Assembly (NCBI GenBank): GCA_951406725.2
Contig: OX597827.1
Coordinates: 13,826,001-13,890,000 of the forward strand
Direction of reading: 5' to 3'
From: Octopus vulgaris
Lineage: Eukaryota
Length of the DNA stretch: 64,000 nucleotides
The notes beneath the pieces were generated by a model that saw only the letters and a program-made list of their open reading frames with translations, searched no databases and had not been told where the DNA came from. Positions 1-15,692 of the stretch are shown here, piece after piece (within the stretch, counting starts at the first letter, position 1; the number at the start of each line of letters is the position of its first letter). The position numbers were made by a program, and so were the translations under genes.

Positions 1-95
1 ATGTATGCACACATGCATGTATATTTTTATAAGTCTATATATGTATGAATATGAATGTTAAAATATATGTGTGTGTGTACATATATTTATGAATG

Positions 96-127
<32 letters not shown>

Positions 128-596
128 TGTATCTATGTGCACATGCATATAATATGTACATTATGTTTATACACACACACATGCACAAACACATATACAT
201 GTATGTATTTACCACACACACTCATTAAATTGATGAAGATGATAATGTTATTGATATGTATGTGTGTGTATGTATATATATATATATATACACACATACA
301 TATATATATAGATATACATATACATACATATACATATATATATATACATACATATGTATATATATATATGTATATATATATATACATATATATATATAGA
401 TATATACATATATATATATATACATATATATATATAGATATATACATATATATAGATATATACATATATATATAGATATATACATATATATAGATATATA
501 CATATATATATACATATACATATACATATATAAATTTACATCTGTGCACACACTCACACGGATATACACACACATACATACATACATACATTATAT

Positions 597-656
<60 letters not shown>

Positions 657-1609
657 TATAGCTTAGATATGGATGTGGAAATAATAGTTTAGGTGAAAAC
701 AACTGCAGTAATGACCATTGGGAAACAGGGTTGCTCAGAAAGAGTAGATGCAAGGTGGTGGTGGTGGTGGTGGTGATGGGGAAAGGAGGGGAAGCAGGGA
801 AGAACCAGAAAAGGAAGATTGAGATTCACTATATCTATAGTGATAATATTGATTATTACTTCAGCATAAAGTCTCCAAATTGATAGGAAAGAGTAAGAGG
901 GACACTATGACATTAAATGCCTTTCCCCAAGGCAATAATCCAATAAGGATTCTCAATTGCTGCCATTTGGCTGCAATTGAGAACCAAAACCTGATTGTGA
1001 ACTCAGCTCTCTGGGTGTCAAACTCCACCAAACTACTCAACACACATATAAGAACATATAAGTAATAAAGATTTTTTTTTTTTACATATTATTATAATTT
1101 GTCAATATTATCCATGAGAAATGAAAGTAAATAGGGGGGAAAAAGTACAAATATATTTTTTAAAAAAACCCTTTTTTTATTTGCTGACAGCAAAAATGAA
1201 AGCAACTTTAAATATGGTTTGGTAAGAATTGTAATTTTTTTTTTTAATTAGACCATATTCACTTACTGGATTAGATATAATTATACAAGCCAAAATCAAT
1301 TTTAATATTTATTATATTCTGACTGCATGGAACAAGTAGTTGTACCATAATATTGTCATAAGTAATTATATATGAGATGCCAGAATGGATGGTGTTGTTC
1401 TTAAGACACACACTACACACACACACACACACGCAAAAACTTTCACACATACAGACAAAATTAGAGTTGTCGAGTTGACAATACATGTAAAGACTGCCAG
1501 AATTAGTGCTTGTCAATAATCAAATGAGAGACATGAATTTTATGGTTTCTAGCCTGGCTGGAATAACATATATATCTTTTGATAAGGAATTGCATCTTAT
1601 GTATCAAAG

Positions 1610-1654
<45 letters not shown>

Positions 1655-1681
1655 CATATATATATACATACATATATATAT

Positions 1682-1713
<32 letters not shown>

Positions 1714-1730
1714 GTTTATATATGTATTTG

Positions 1731-1779
<49 letters not shown>

Positions 1780-1840
1780 GTATATATATTTATATATAAA
1801 TCCATGTATATATATATATATGTATGTATATTTATATATT

Positions 1841-1872
<32 letters not shown>

Positions 1873-2252
1873 CACATACATATATATATATATGTGTGTG
1901 TGTGTTTGTGTGTTGTAAAAATATCTTGAGACGCTCTAGTAACGCAGATCACAACTTTGAGATGAAATCTTAACTTAATAAAATTGCTTTAAAAAATAGT
2001 TGGGACTGGAAAGAGTACTCTCGTTACAATCTGAGGAAGGTTTTAAAACCCAAACTATTTCTTAGGGTTTTTGTCACAATACTGAAATATTCTCCATGAC
2101 ATGTAATTCTTATTTACACCGTAAAACATGCTTATGTTGTCATTGTTGCTGTTGTTATTATTGCAGTTAATGTTGTTGTTTAGTCCCAGATTATTCTTGA
2201 TTCAAAAGACCAATTATCAGTCATTCCAGCCATGACCATCCTGTTTTTAAAA

Positions 2253-2306
<54 letters not shown>

Positions 2307-2844
2307 TATATATGACTACATTTCATAATGTGGTTTTCCTTCCTTTAAAACAATATGAAGGAATTCAGCTGTTATTTCTAGCTGGTCGAGTTACTGAATA
2401 AAGGCTCCCCTATTGGCTCATGAAACATGTACTATTACACACTAAAAAAAAAAGAACCCTGTTATTTTGTCATTTACCCTCAGTCACAACTAATGATATG
2501 ATAGAGAAGATTGTCTAATAACACATTGATAATACCCATGATAACATAATAGCATATATTATCATGATAAGATGGTTTTTAAGCCATAAACACTTCGATA
2601 ATGATATTATTAGAGAGTTTTCTAATACAGGTATAGTGAAGATATCATCTACTGCATGGTGAGTGTATCATCCTCAAGAAGGTTAGATTTTGCAGAATGT
2701 CTTTTCCTTGTGTTGAAAATTCCAATAATTTAAGGGGAGAATATATAATTTCACATGACAAGACGTCTCCCATATGTTAAACACGTTTTATACCATTTAG
2801 AAAGGGGTGGGGGAGACACACACACACACACACAGAACTATTTA

Positions 2845-3021
2845 TTATTTCAGTCATTTGACTGCGGCCATGCTGGAGCACCGCCTTTAGTCGAGCAAAT
2901 CGACCCCGGTAAGCTCAGTACTTATTCTATCGGTCTCTTTTGCCGAACCGCTAAGTGACGGGAACATAAACACACCAGCATCGGTTGTCAAGCAATGCTA
3001 GGGGGACAAACACAGACACAA

Positions 3022-3054
<33 letters not shown>

Positions 3055-3224
3055 CATATATACGACAGGCTTCTTTCAGTTTCCGTCTACCAAATCCACT
3101 CACAAGGCATTGGTTGGCCCGGGGCTATAGCAGAAGACACTCGCCCAAGGTGCCACGCAGTGGGACTGAACCTGGAACCATGTGGTTGGTTAGCAAGCTA
3201 CTTACCAAACAGCCACTCCTGCAC
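2845..3224 (-). mobile_element. Abundant tRNA-derived SINE, family A
   Basis: Head AGGAGTGGCTGT..GGTAAG..GGTTCAGTCCC, CORE-like ACCTTGGGC(A/G)AGT, internal (TA)/(TG) tract; many near-identical copies in the window. Confidence 0.85.
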
Positions 3225-3630
3225 CTATATGGAGAGAGTTCCTTATTTACATAGTAGGTGGCCTATATTTGTGAGATGGGGAAATCTGTACTGTACCCAG
3301 ACTGAAATGATTTGGTGTAGCTTTTTGGATACTGCTGGTTTGGTATGACTGACTGGACATCCAGCCTGTTTTGGTGACAGTACTTTTTAGTACTGGAGGC
3401 AAACACACACACACATGCAAACATGCACGTACAGTTAGAAAGTGAGTGTGTGTGCATGAGAGAGAGAACGAGAGAGAGAGAGTGACATTACAATTTATTA
3501 ATTGAATGTGACTGATGTAAATGCTCTCCCCTCCTCGTACACACAAACAGGGAGAGAGAGAAAAAGAGAGAGAAAGGGGAAGGAAAAATGAGTGGGAGAG
3601 AGAGAAAGAGGGAAATGATGAGAATGAGAG

Positions 3631-3674
<44 letters not shown>

Positions 3675-4539
3675 GAGACTACAATTTATTATTCAAATAC
3701 AATTGGTGAAAACACTAACCCTCTCCTCATACGCATAAAGGGAAGTATGTTCACACACATAAATAGAGAAAGAGAGAGAGAGAAAAATGAAAAAAAGTCA
3801 AATAAGTCAGCATTGATTCATCAGTGCCAAATAGGCAGCACCAAAATATCTCATAACCTATCATACCACACAGATGACTTCTTTTGCTTTTTGGCGAGAA
3901 TAACCTCAACTACATGGAGAGCTCATGTTACGATATACTGAAAACATAGTGTCTCCTACATGTTGAGTATCTTCAATTCAACACCTAAAGAGTATTCTTT
4001 ACATGGTGTGCATTCAACTTACATCTATTCTCACATGAGGCGATTGTCCTTTGAAAACATGGGAATATAGCTAAAAGATTTTTTTATGGAATGTAACTTT
4101 TGTTTTTAATAATTCTTAAATAATGAATTACACTTTCCCAAAAAAAATTTAAGAGATAAAATTAGCGACAATAAATGTATATAAACATATGTAGGCATAT
4201 ATGCATACATACATACATACATACATACATACACACACACACATATAGACTTCCATATATACACACACACACACACATATCTATATATGTGTGTGTATAC
4301 ATATATTATCCTTGTTACTGTTGTTGCTGTTATTATTGTTATTATTATTATTAGTCTGCTGAAGTTACAAAGTGACTCAAGGGCTGAGAGTTTCGTACTT
4401 GGTACTTTTCAAACTGACCAGTTTGATAAATGCCATGTATGAAAATCTTGGTCCTTGAGTCAATTTACAATTTCTGGCAGTTAATAATAATAATAATTTC
4501 ATATGAATGCTTGTATGTGTGTGCATGCATATATATATA

Positions 4540-4587
<48 letters not shown>

Positions 4588-4747
4588 CATACACATATAT
4601 GTATATATGATATGTATGTATGTATATGTGTATGCATATATGTATATGTGTATGTATATGTGCATATATATATATATGTATGTATGTATGTATATATATA
4701 TATTCTCATGTATTGTGTTTTATCTACTCTGTTTCCTCTACCAAAGT

Positions 4748-4815
<68 letters not shown>

Positions 4816-4984
4816 ATATATATCTGTTGTGTGTGTGTATGTGTGTCTGTGTGTGTGCATGTATTTTATTCTTATTGCATCTGTAAATGTATTTATGTGT
4901 ATCCGTATAACAACATCAATTACCATCTCTTAGATGTCTTAAAGTGATCGAACACTACACGAATGATTGATTTTTTTGTTTTTC

Positions 4985-5500
4985 ACATACACACATATAC
5001 ACATACACACATATACACATACACACATATACACATATATACATATGTAAATATACACATATACACATACACACATATATACATATACACATACACACAT
5101 ATACACATACACACATATACATATACACATACACACATATACACATACACACATACACACATGTACACATACACACAAATACACATATACACATGCACAC
5201 ATACACACATATACACATATGTAAATATACACATATACACATATACGCATATACACATATACACATATACACATACACACATATACACATACACACATAT
5301 GTAAATATACGCATATACACATACACACATACACACATATACACATCTACACATATACACATACATACATATACACATGCACACATATGTACATATACAC
5401 ATATACACATACACACACATACACATATGTAAATATACACATACACACATATACACATATGTAAATATACACATGCACATATATACACATACACACATAT
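4985..5500. repeat. Minisatellite with ~18-bp period built from ACACAT/ATACAC units
   Basis: Repeating atacacatatacacatac with periodic gtaaat variants. Confidence 0.9.
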
Positions 5501-5831
5501 TACACATGAGCAAATATCTGTATACACCGTCTCAAGCAGTCCATCAATTGGAACTATAGAGGCAACACCATATATATGACTCATGTAATGTGTCCAGTGA
5601 AATTTTCATCAAATTATTGTTTCATTAATACTTCACATAGAATTATCTTATCTTTTTTATTTCGACAAGTCTTCTTTGTTTAAGACATAATTCAATTTCA
5701 TACTTGTAGTGTGTGTTTGTCTTTTGATTCTTTTACCAATATTCCATTTTGATATCATACCCATATCAATATTTCTCATTCATATAATGCTTGTATCAGT
5801 ACTTCTAGCCAATAGTTCTAGCTTGTACATT

Positions 5832-5873
<42 letters not shown>

Positions 5874-6177
5874 GTTCTTATTTTATATCACATTCTGCTC
5901 AATGTGACAATGTTCTATCATTTCCTTTTCATTTTAATATGTCCATTTGAAATTAACTTTTTTTTTTGTCTTTGTATAAAGAAGCTTATATATTTATCAG
6001 GAATACACATTGCACAGAAATTATTTGTTTTGATTTCTACCTTGATTATAATTGGTAAAAGCAAAACAAATAAATTTTTTTTTTTTCTAAAATATAAATT
6101 AATAATTTATAATGTTTTCAAATGGCTGTCATTAAATTACAAACACTTCCATTCCTGTCATCAAAACAACAACGATG

Positions 6178-6233
<56 letters not shown>

Positions 6234-6927
6234 TTTCAATATAGGTTCAAGTGTGAGAGTGAATGTCCCTGATTTCAAAAAATATACATTTTATACATCC
6301 CTCCAAACCTTCTCTTTAGTGTAATCTGGTTGGCCTGGAAATTATTGATTGAACATAAATACTATAGTTGGGTCTGAGAAATTTTTTTTTCTTGTTTTTT
6401 AGCTGTGGGAATCCGTTAATACAACTGTCTACTAATCGAGGTAAATATGTTTTGAGCTGTCTCTCTTGGGGGGACAGCTATGAATAGGAGTTCTTTACAA
6501 CTAAGTCCAGTGTACATAGTTGCATTGATAAAACTCTAAGATTGGTGGGCAGATATCTGGGTCAATGCAGCATTCCTATTGGAGATTTGTGATGTTTTTC
6601 CATGTCTGCAAGAAAGAAGAAAAAAATATCAATGCCACAGATATTTATATATATATACATGTAAAAGAGATCATGCTATTACCATGAGGGATTAGAAGCA
6701 AAATAGCAAAATCAAATTGAATGAGACATTTTTTTACATTATAGAAGAATTTATGTTTCATATTTTATTTTTGCTCTGGTTCTCTAGAGAAGAACAATAG
6801 ATAATTAAACAGATGAGTAACAGAAATGTATTAAATAAAAAATATGACAAAATATAGTTTTATTCTTTAAACATTATATCCAAATATCACACTTTAGGTA
6901 GGAATATTTCCAATAATAATCATAATT

Positions 6928-7002
<75 letters not shown>

Positions 7003-7446
7003 ATATATATGTGTGTGTGTGTGTATGTGTAAATTTAAGTCACAATATATGGATTCAAGTAATCTGGTAATACTCATAAAAAAGCCCCAGGTAAATAATT
7101 TATTTATTATTAAAAATAATAATATAAATTATTTACATGTTTTTAAGTTATGAAACAATTTGTAATGATATTACAATTTTCTTATTGTTAAATAAAATTT
7201 CTTTGAAACAATTTGTCTGTCATTTATAAAATTAAGATACAATTGAATAAGGTACTTAAATTGAGGCACCTTACTAGTTTGGTAGTGAAGCATATAAATA
7301 ATGTGTGGAAAAATCCTTTTGAATAGGAAAAGACAAAAGCTGCTTGTTTTGTTTTTTCTATCCAAAAGGGATTTTCAATCCAATATTTACCTGTTATTAT
7401 CTATAGGTTTGTGTGTTTCAAAATCCTTCGTTCCCAAAAAGAATTA

Positions 7447-7849
7447 CTCTTTTACTCTTTTACTTGTTTCAGTCATTTGACTGCGGCCATGCTGGAGCAC
7501 CACCTTTAGTCGAGCAAATCGACCCCGGGACTTATTCTTTTTGTAAGCCCAGTACTTATTCTATCGGTCTCTTTTGCCGAACCGCTAAGTGACGGGGACG
7601 TAAACACACCAGAATCGGTTGTCAAGCAATGCTAGGGAGACAAACACAGACATACAAACACACACACACACACACATATATATACATATTTACGACGGGC
7701 TTCTTTCAGTTTCCGTCTTCCAAATCCACTCACAAGGCTTTGGTTGGCCCGAGGCTATAGTAGAAGACACTTGCCCGAGATGCCACGCAGTGGGACTGAA
7801 CCCGGAACCATGTGGTTGGTAAGCAAGCTTACTTACCACACAGCCACTC
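7447..7849 (-). mobile_element. SINE family A
   Basis: Full copy with (AAAAGAGT)n tail. Confidence 0.85.
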
Positions 7850-7985
7850 ATATTTCATCAAAAGTTTATAAAATTCTTATGGCATCTACAATATATGTAT
7901 GATAAAGATGATGATGATTAATGTTGATGATGATGAGAAGTCGATTACATCAACCCCAGTGCTCAATTGGTATTTTAATATATTC

Positions 7986-8207
7986 GAGCTGGCAGAACCG
8001 TTAGCACGCCGGGCGAAATGCATAGCCGTATTTCGTCTGCCATTACGTTCTGAGTTCAAATTCCGCCGAGGTCGACTTTGCCTTTCATCCTTTTGGGGTC
8101 GATAAATTAAGTACCAGTTATGCACTGGGGTTGGTGTAATTGACTTAATCCGTTTGTCTGTCCTTGTTTGTCCCCTCTGTGTGTAGCCCCTTGTGGGTAG
8201 TAAAGAA
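7986..8207 (+). mobile_element. SINE family B (further copies 13531-13760, 34340-34523, 35308-35538 on +; 39125-39353, 55326-55464 on -)
   Basis: GAGCTGGCAGAA..GAGTTCAAATTCC head, central GCCTTTCATCCTTTCGGGGTCGATAAATTAAGTACCAG block, AATAAAGAAA-type tail. Confidence 0.8.
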
Positions 8208-9057
8208 AAAAAAATATATTATCAAAGTCCCGTAAATGTTAACTGAAAGAAACTTTAGAATCATTAGACTGAGCAGACCTTAAAAACATTTCAGCAGATT
8301 TTCCTGTACAAATGAGCCAACAACTCACCACCAATATAAACATTAATACTAAAAGATAAAAATGTTTTCCTACATCAGTTTGATTATGCAATTCCTCTAT
8401 GACCTTCAAAAGGGTGAGAGATAGTTTAGTCTTTAACAAAGGCAGGTTTGTAGTTTCAAGAAATTGCTTACAGATTTTTTTATTCCATTAAAAGCTCTGT
8501 CTGTACACCATGATTAATAAAGTGACTTGGAAAAAAAATGTCATGAACAATATGTGATAGTTTCAGTCATTAGACTGTGGCCATGCTGGGGCACCACCTT
8601 GGAGAATTTTAGTTGAACTAATCAACCTGAGTACTACTACTTTTTAAGCCTAGTACTTATTCTATCAGTGTCTTTTCCTGAAATGTTAAGTTACAGAGAC
8701 ATAAACACACCAACACCCATGGTCAAAAGGTAGTAGGGGACAAACACAGACACACACACACACATATGCATGAATACACACACACACATGCAAACATACA
8801 CACAACAGGTTTTCTTCAGTTCACATGTACCAAATCCACTCACAAGTCTTTGGTTGGCCTGAAACTCTAGTAGAAGACACTTACCCAAGATGTCATGCAG
8901 AGGGACTAAACCCGGAACATCATTGGGAAACAAACTTCTTGACACACAACTACGATATATATATATAGGGAGAGTTTACGAAAAAAACAAAAGACGAAGA
9001 CTGGTGGTGTACAAAATAAACAGGTGTATTAGCATAACGCTCAGGAATAGAAAAAGT

Positions 9058-9093
9058 CTTTTACGTTTCGAGCCTACGCTCTTCTGCAGAAAG
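9058..9093 (-). ncRNA. Minimal type-I hammerhead-like motif (variant core CUGCAGA) in repeat 8968-9145
   Basis: CTTT-CTGCAGA-A-GAGC gtag GCTC-GAAAC-GTA-AAAG: stem I, stem II, palindromic ACGT stem III. Confidence 0.6.
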
Positions 9094-9150
9094 GGACACA
9101 GAAAAAACAAGGCGAGAAACAAGGAGAGAAAAAAATGTGTGTAGTATATA

Positions 9151-9546
9151 CTCTTTTACTTGTTTCAGTCATTTGACTGTGGCCATACTGGAGCACCGCC
9201 TTTAGTCGAGCAAATCGACCCCAGGACTTATTCTTTGTAAGCCTAGTTCTTATTCTATTGGTCTCTTTTGCCGAACTGCTAAGTTACGGGGACGTAAACA
9301 CACCAGCATCGGTTGTTAAGCGATGTTGGGGGCACAAACACAGACACACAAACATATACACACACACACACATACATATACATATATACGACGGGCTTCT
9401 TTCAGTTTCCATCTACGAAATCCACTCACAAGGCTTTGGTCGGCCCGAGGCCATAGCAGAAGACACTTGCCCAAGGTGTCACGCAGTGGGACTGAACCCG
9501 GAACCATGTGGCTGGTAAGCAAGCTACTTACCACACAGCCACTCCT
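9151..9546 (-). mobile_element. SINE family A (older copy at ~8560-8950)
   Basis: Same sequence as other family A copies. Confidence 0.85.
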
Positions 9547-10378
9547 ATATATATATATACATATATATAATATCAGCCATATTGAAATAAGAAGAAATTA
9601 TAGAATGAAAGAAGCTGGGGGTGTTATAGAGTGAACTAGTTGTGGAATCAATGGAGAGCATACAGACATACCAATATTCATTTCATTATCTCATATCACA
9701 CTGACTGTCTTCTGACTAACAGTAAATGTTTAAAAGAAGACAGTATAATATTATATATATTTTTTTTTTATGCTATGGTAGTCTAAATTTCCTTTAACTG
9801 AGTCTCGAATATTAGTTTTATTGATGATATACAAAACTGCTAACATAATTGATATAAGGCCTTAAAGTCCTGAGTAATAAGATTAATTAGCTATAAAGTC
9901 TGAGAGTTTATAGGGGAAGATAAACAGAGACCTGTGTGATATATACCCAGAACATTACAGATCTAGCTGGATTGATGTCACTCTAAAGTAGAGGTCCAAA
10001 ACGATTTGCAGATATGATTAATTTATTTATCTATTTATTTTCTTATTTATGAATTTATAACACAGTTTGTGAACAATACCATTGTTGCTTACAGGTTTCC
10101 AATGGACCAGTCACCGGTTCACTGCATTTCGTTACAGTGAGGGATGCTTCCAATTTTTTTGCTTTTATTGCAAATATTTATATCCATTGCAGATATATCA
10201 GCAAAAAGATACACACACACACACACATATTATCTGTCTATCTGTCTCTCTGCTCTCTCTCTCTATATATACACACACACACGCACACATGCACAATATA
10301 TATATATATATTAGTCTGTTTTTCCATCTTGCATAAATAAATTTATCCATGCATACATACATACATACATACATACAT

Positions 10379-10411
<33 letters not shown>

Positions 10412-10434
10412 TACATTATCATACATCTACATAC

Positions 10435-10468
<34 letters not shown>

Positions 10469-10517
10469 CATACACACACACACGTACATACATACATACA
10501 TACATACATACATACAT

Positions 10518-10548
<31 letters not shown>

Positions 10549-10557
10549 TACATACAT

Positions 10558-10690
<133 letters not shown>

Positions 10691-10837
10691 TGTGTGACAT
10701 ACATACATACATACATACATACATACATAGCACAGAAACAAATGTAATTAAAGTCTGTTTTTCCATCTTGCATAAATAAATTTATCCATGCATACATACA
10801 TACATACATACATACATACATACATACATACATACAT

Positions 10838-10868
<31 letters not shown>

Positions 10869-10940
10869 TACATACACACATACGTACATACATATATACA
10901 TATATACGTACACACACACATACATACATACATACATACG

Positions 10941-10972
<32 letters not shown>

Positions 10973-10987
10973 AACACATACATACAT

Positions 10988-11018
<31 letters not shown>

Positions 11019-11327
11019 TACATGTGTGCAACAATTGCTATAGAAAACCAGTACAATGCAAGATGAAAAGACACCAGCTCATCACCGTCTACTTTTTAAC
11101 ACTGAAATATTGAAATATAAGTTAAAAGTGTAAACTAGTATACTACTGCTTTGTTTCATTTCTACTTCCACACCTACATTTCTATAATTCCAACTTGCAT
11201 TGTACTGACATTGTATAACTAATTATCTTAACAGCTCTAACTCACAATGCTTCACTTAAACTACACTAATCTAATACATTTATATATAGATATCATATAC
11301 ATATATATAGATATCATATATATATAT

Positions 11328-11404
<77 letters not shown>

Positions 11405-11427
11405 CATATACATATACATATATATAC

Positions 11428-11463
<36 letters not shown>

Positions 11464-11476
11464 ATACATATACATA

Positions 11477-11633
<157 letters not shown>

Positions 11634-11673
11634 TAATATACATATATATATATGTATATATACATATATATAC

Positions 11674-11714
<41 letters not shown>

Positions 11715-11975
11715 TATATGTGTGTGTGTGTGTGTGTAGGAGTGTGTTGATTGGCAACATACTGTGCAGAAGATTAGTCTGACTGTCCAGGCGTGGTAGA
11801 ACAGCCATTAAAATCGTGGGTGTATCTATGATACATATATACCTGTGAATACATGTATAGAGGTATGGTAATGTATGTGTATATATATATATATAAACGT
11901 CTCTCTCTTGCTATATATATATATATATATATATATACATACACAAATCCAATTATATATATGTATGTATATAAC

Positions 11976-12310
11976 AGGAGTGGCTGTGTGGTAAGCTTGC
12001 TTCCCAACCACATGGCTCCAGGTTCAGTCCCACTGCAAGGCACCTTGGGCAAGTATCTTCTACTACAGCATTGGGCCAACCAAAACTTTGTGAGTGGGTT
12101 TGGTAGACAGAAATTGAAAGCAGCCCATTGCATATATATAATATATATGTATATGTGTATATACATTTATATATACATACATACATATATATAAATATGT
12201 ATATATATGTATGTATGTATTTGTGTGTCTGTGTTTGTCCCCCGCCTCTCATCACTTGACAACTGATGTTGGTGTGTTTATGTCCCCATAACTTAGCAGT
12301 TCAGCAAAAA
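11976..12310 (+). mobile_element. SINE family A, 3' truncated
   Basis: aggagtggctgtgtggtaag...ggttcagtcccactgc. Confidence 0.8.
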
Positions 12311-12916
12311 GGACATTGCAGTTCATTTCTACAGATGAGTGAATTGGAGCTACATAAAATAAAGTGTCTTGCTCAAGAAGGCAACACACATCCCAGACCA
12401 GGAATCAAACTTGCTACCTCATGATTGTGATCCTTGTGTTCTAACCACTGAGCCATGCATCTTTACATGAGAAGTAGTGGACCTATTTTGTTTATTGTAC
12501 ACTAGTCCCTCTCCTGAACACTCCATTTCTCTACCTGTATCATCCTTATGACCCTAGATCTATCTCAAGGCATACGTTTTAAGGACTTCGTCAGATATAC
12601 ATGTACCCTATACATTCTACCTGTATTCACCCTACTAACTATGTAATATTAGCAACGTCCATCATTCGTCATCCATCACTAATCCACCTTTCACTATCCT
12701 GGGGCTATAATAGAACACACTTGCCCAAGGTGTCATGCAGTAGGACTGAACCTAAAATCACATTGTTACAAAGTGAATTTCCAAACCACACAGCCATGCC
12801 TGCACCTAAAATGATAGGGTTTTATGAAATGTTTCCATGGGTAGAAAAATTCCTATTTTGCTTCAAAATATGAATTAGAACTTATTAAGTTGGGAATTGC
12901 AAACCTGTAGTATCTT

Positions 12917-13032
12917 CACCACCACCACCACCACCACCGCCGCCACTGCCACCACCACCACTGCCACCACCACCACCACCACCACTGCCATCATCATCAC
13001 CATCATCATCATCGTCATCATCGTCATCATTG

Positions 13033-13064
<32 letters not shown>

Positions 13065-13104
13065 GTCATCATCATCATCATCACCGTCGTCGTCGTCGTC
13101 GTCA
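12917..13104. repeat. Compound trinucleotide repeat (ACC)n-(ATC)n-(GTC)n
   Basis: Direct reading. Confidence 0.9.
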
Positions 13105-14371
13105 TTGAATATCTGTTTTCTGTGTGCTGACATAGGTCGGACAGTTTGACCTGAGCAAACTGGGGTGTTGGACCAAGTTCCAGTATGATTTGGCTGGTTT
13201 CTACAGCTTGGATGCTCTTTTGTAACACCAACCACTTTACAAGATCAATTATAAAAATATTTATCTATTGTTCTAGAACCTGACCATCTACTAAGGTAGA
13301 ACATCATCATCATCATCATCCTCCTCCTCATCATCATCATCGTTTAACGTCCGCTTTCCATGCTGCTAGCATGGGTTGGACGATTTTGACTGAGGGCTGA
13401 CGAACCAGATGGCTGCACCAGTCTCCAATCTTGATCTGGCAGAGTTTCTACAACTGGATGCTCTTCCTAACGCCAACCACTCCGAGAGTGTAGTGGGTGT
13501 ATTTTACGTGCCACCGGCACGGGGGCCAAAGCGGTGAGCTGGCAGAAACGTTAGCACGCCGGGCAAAATGCTAAGCGGTATTTCGTCTGCTGTTACGTTC
13601 TGAGTTCAAATTCTGCCGTGGTCGACTTTGCCTTTCATCCTTTCGGGGTCGATAAATTAAGTACCAGTTACGCACTGGGGTCGATGTAATCGACTTAATC
13701 CGTTTGTCTGTCCTTGTTTGTCCCCTCTATGTTTAGCCCCTTGTGGGTAATAAAGAAACAGGTACTGGCAATGACCTTGCTCAAATCTTTTTACACGTGC
13801 CTTCGGCACAGGTGCCAGTGAAATGACGTTGATAATGATCATGTTCGAATGGTGCTCTTTTATGTGCCATGGGTACGGAAGTCAGTTGGCTACTCTGGCA
13901 ACGATCATTGTGGTAGTCATTTCAATTTCCTTTCGGAAATTCCACGCTCAGATGGTCCTCTTGGCACCCTACAAGCACAGGCACAAGTGCCAGTAAGGCG
14001 ACTTGTGGTAGTTGTTTCAGCTCTCCCCCTTTGCTCTCTGAGTTCAAATGCTGTCGAGGTCAAATCTACCTTTTCTCCTTTTGAGGGTCAATAAAATAAA
14101 ATACCAGTTCAGACTTGTTCAAGTATCAGATGTGGTGCCTAGTGATATTTGGTATGGCTTTTTTGCATGGCTTGTTTTAACACCCTCACTTTTCCTCGGA
14201 TGATTCAGTGATGTTCATCCTTTTGCAAGGTTTCAATCCAAGTCTTCAGTTTGAAGTTAGCTTTCTCCCTGCCTCCTACCATTTTCAAAAACCCCGATAA
14301 AAAAAAACCCCAAAAAACCCACAAACAAGAGATCATGGACACTGCACTTTCTTCCTTGACTAAACAATAGC

Positions 14372-14421
<50 letters not shown>

Positions 14422-15294
14422 GAGAGGGGTGAGAGAAGGGAAGTCGGAGAAATGGAAAGAAGGAAAGAGAAAGAATGAGAGAGAGAGAGGAAGAAGTATA
14501 AATTCTTCAATGTTCATCCTTTAAGTTTAATAAATTACTTTCTTCTTAGATATATGGCATCAGACATTTCAGTAAGCATGGACAATATTCTTACCTATTC
14601 GGTGATATTAGAAATGTAAGCGAAAGGAAATTGAAATGACTACAACAATGGAATAAAACTGGGTCATAAACTTCGCTTACTATCAGTTGATTCATGCTAT
14701 GTGAAGCCTGCTTCTTTAAGGAAAAAAATAGCCGGAATACATAGGTAGTAAGTGGAGTCCAGAGTAATACAGATTCTAGCAGTAAAATATATTTCTGCTA
14801 TGTTGAAAAGTGAAAGTACAATTTGTTGATGGGTGAATGGCTGAAGATTGCTAGTAAAAGCTATCCTTACGATAGATATGTCAATCAATTTGATTGCTTT
14901 TTCAGAACATAACAGAATATGCTGCCAGATACCAGAAATGTGCATTAGATATAGAGGCAATTTTAACTCTATTTAGTCGACAGAAAATGTTTGATGCTAA
15001 AATATTTCTTAGCTCTGCGGAAAAGGAATCATCCCTTCTTGTCCGTTTCCTTTTCATCTATTTCCCTGTTTTTTTTTTTCCTTTCTTTCTTTCTTTTCTC
15101 CCCCCCCCCGGTGTTGGTTGGTTTTAAGTTGGTGGGGGAGGGTTATTGCTAGGTCATGAGATTTCCAATTAATTATAAATGTGACAATCCTACTTTGTCT
15201 ACTAACTTAGCATTGTAGAATACTAATGTATAACTTCTAAGAAATATTAACATTTCGGCGAAGAAAATTTGATAACAAAATAGCGTAAACAAAC

Positions 15295-15389
<95 letters not shown>

Positions 15390-15394
15390 CATAC

Positions 15395-15445
<51 letters not shown>

Positions 15446-15542
15446 CATATATATATACATATATATATACATATATATATACATATATATATACATACAT
15501 ATATACATATACATATACACATATATACACATATATATATAC

Positions 15543-15615
<73 letters not shown>

Positions 15616-15618
15616 TAC

Positions 15619-15692
<74 letters not shown>

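Noticed and set aside
12875-13235. Poly-D/poly-G or poly-M ORFs (also 30491-30821, and the His-rich 44137-44544)
   Set aside because: Trinucleotide expansions, mostly tails of family C retroposons
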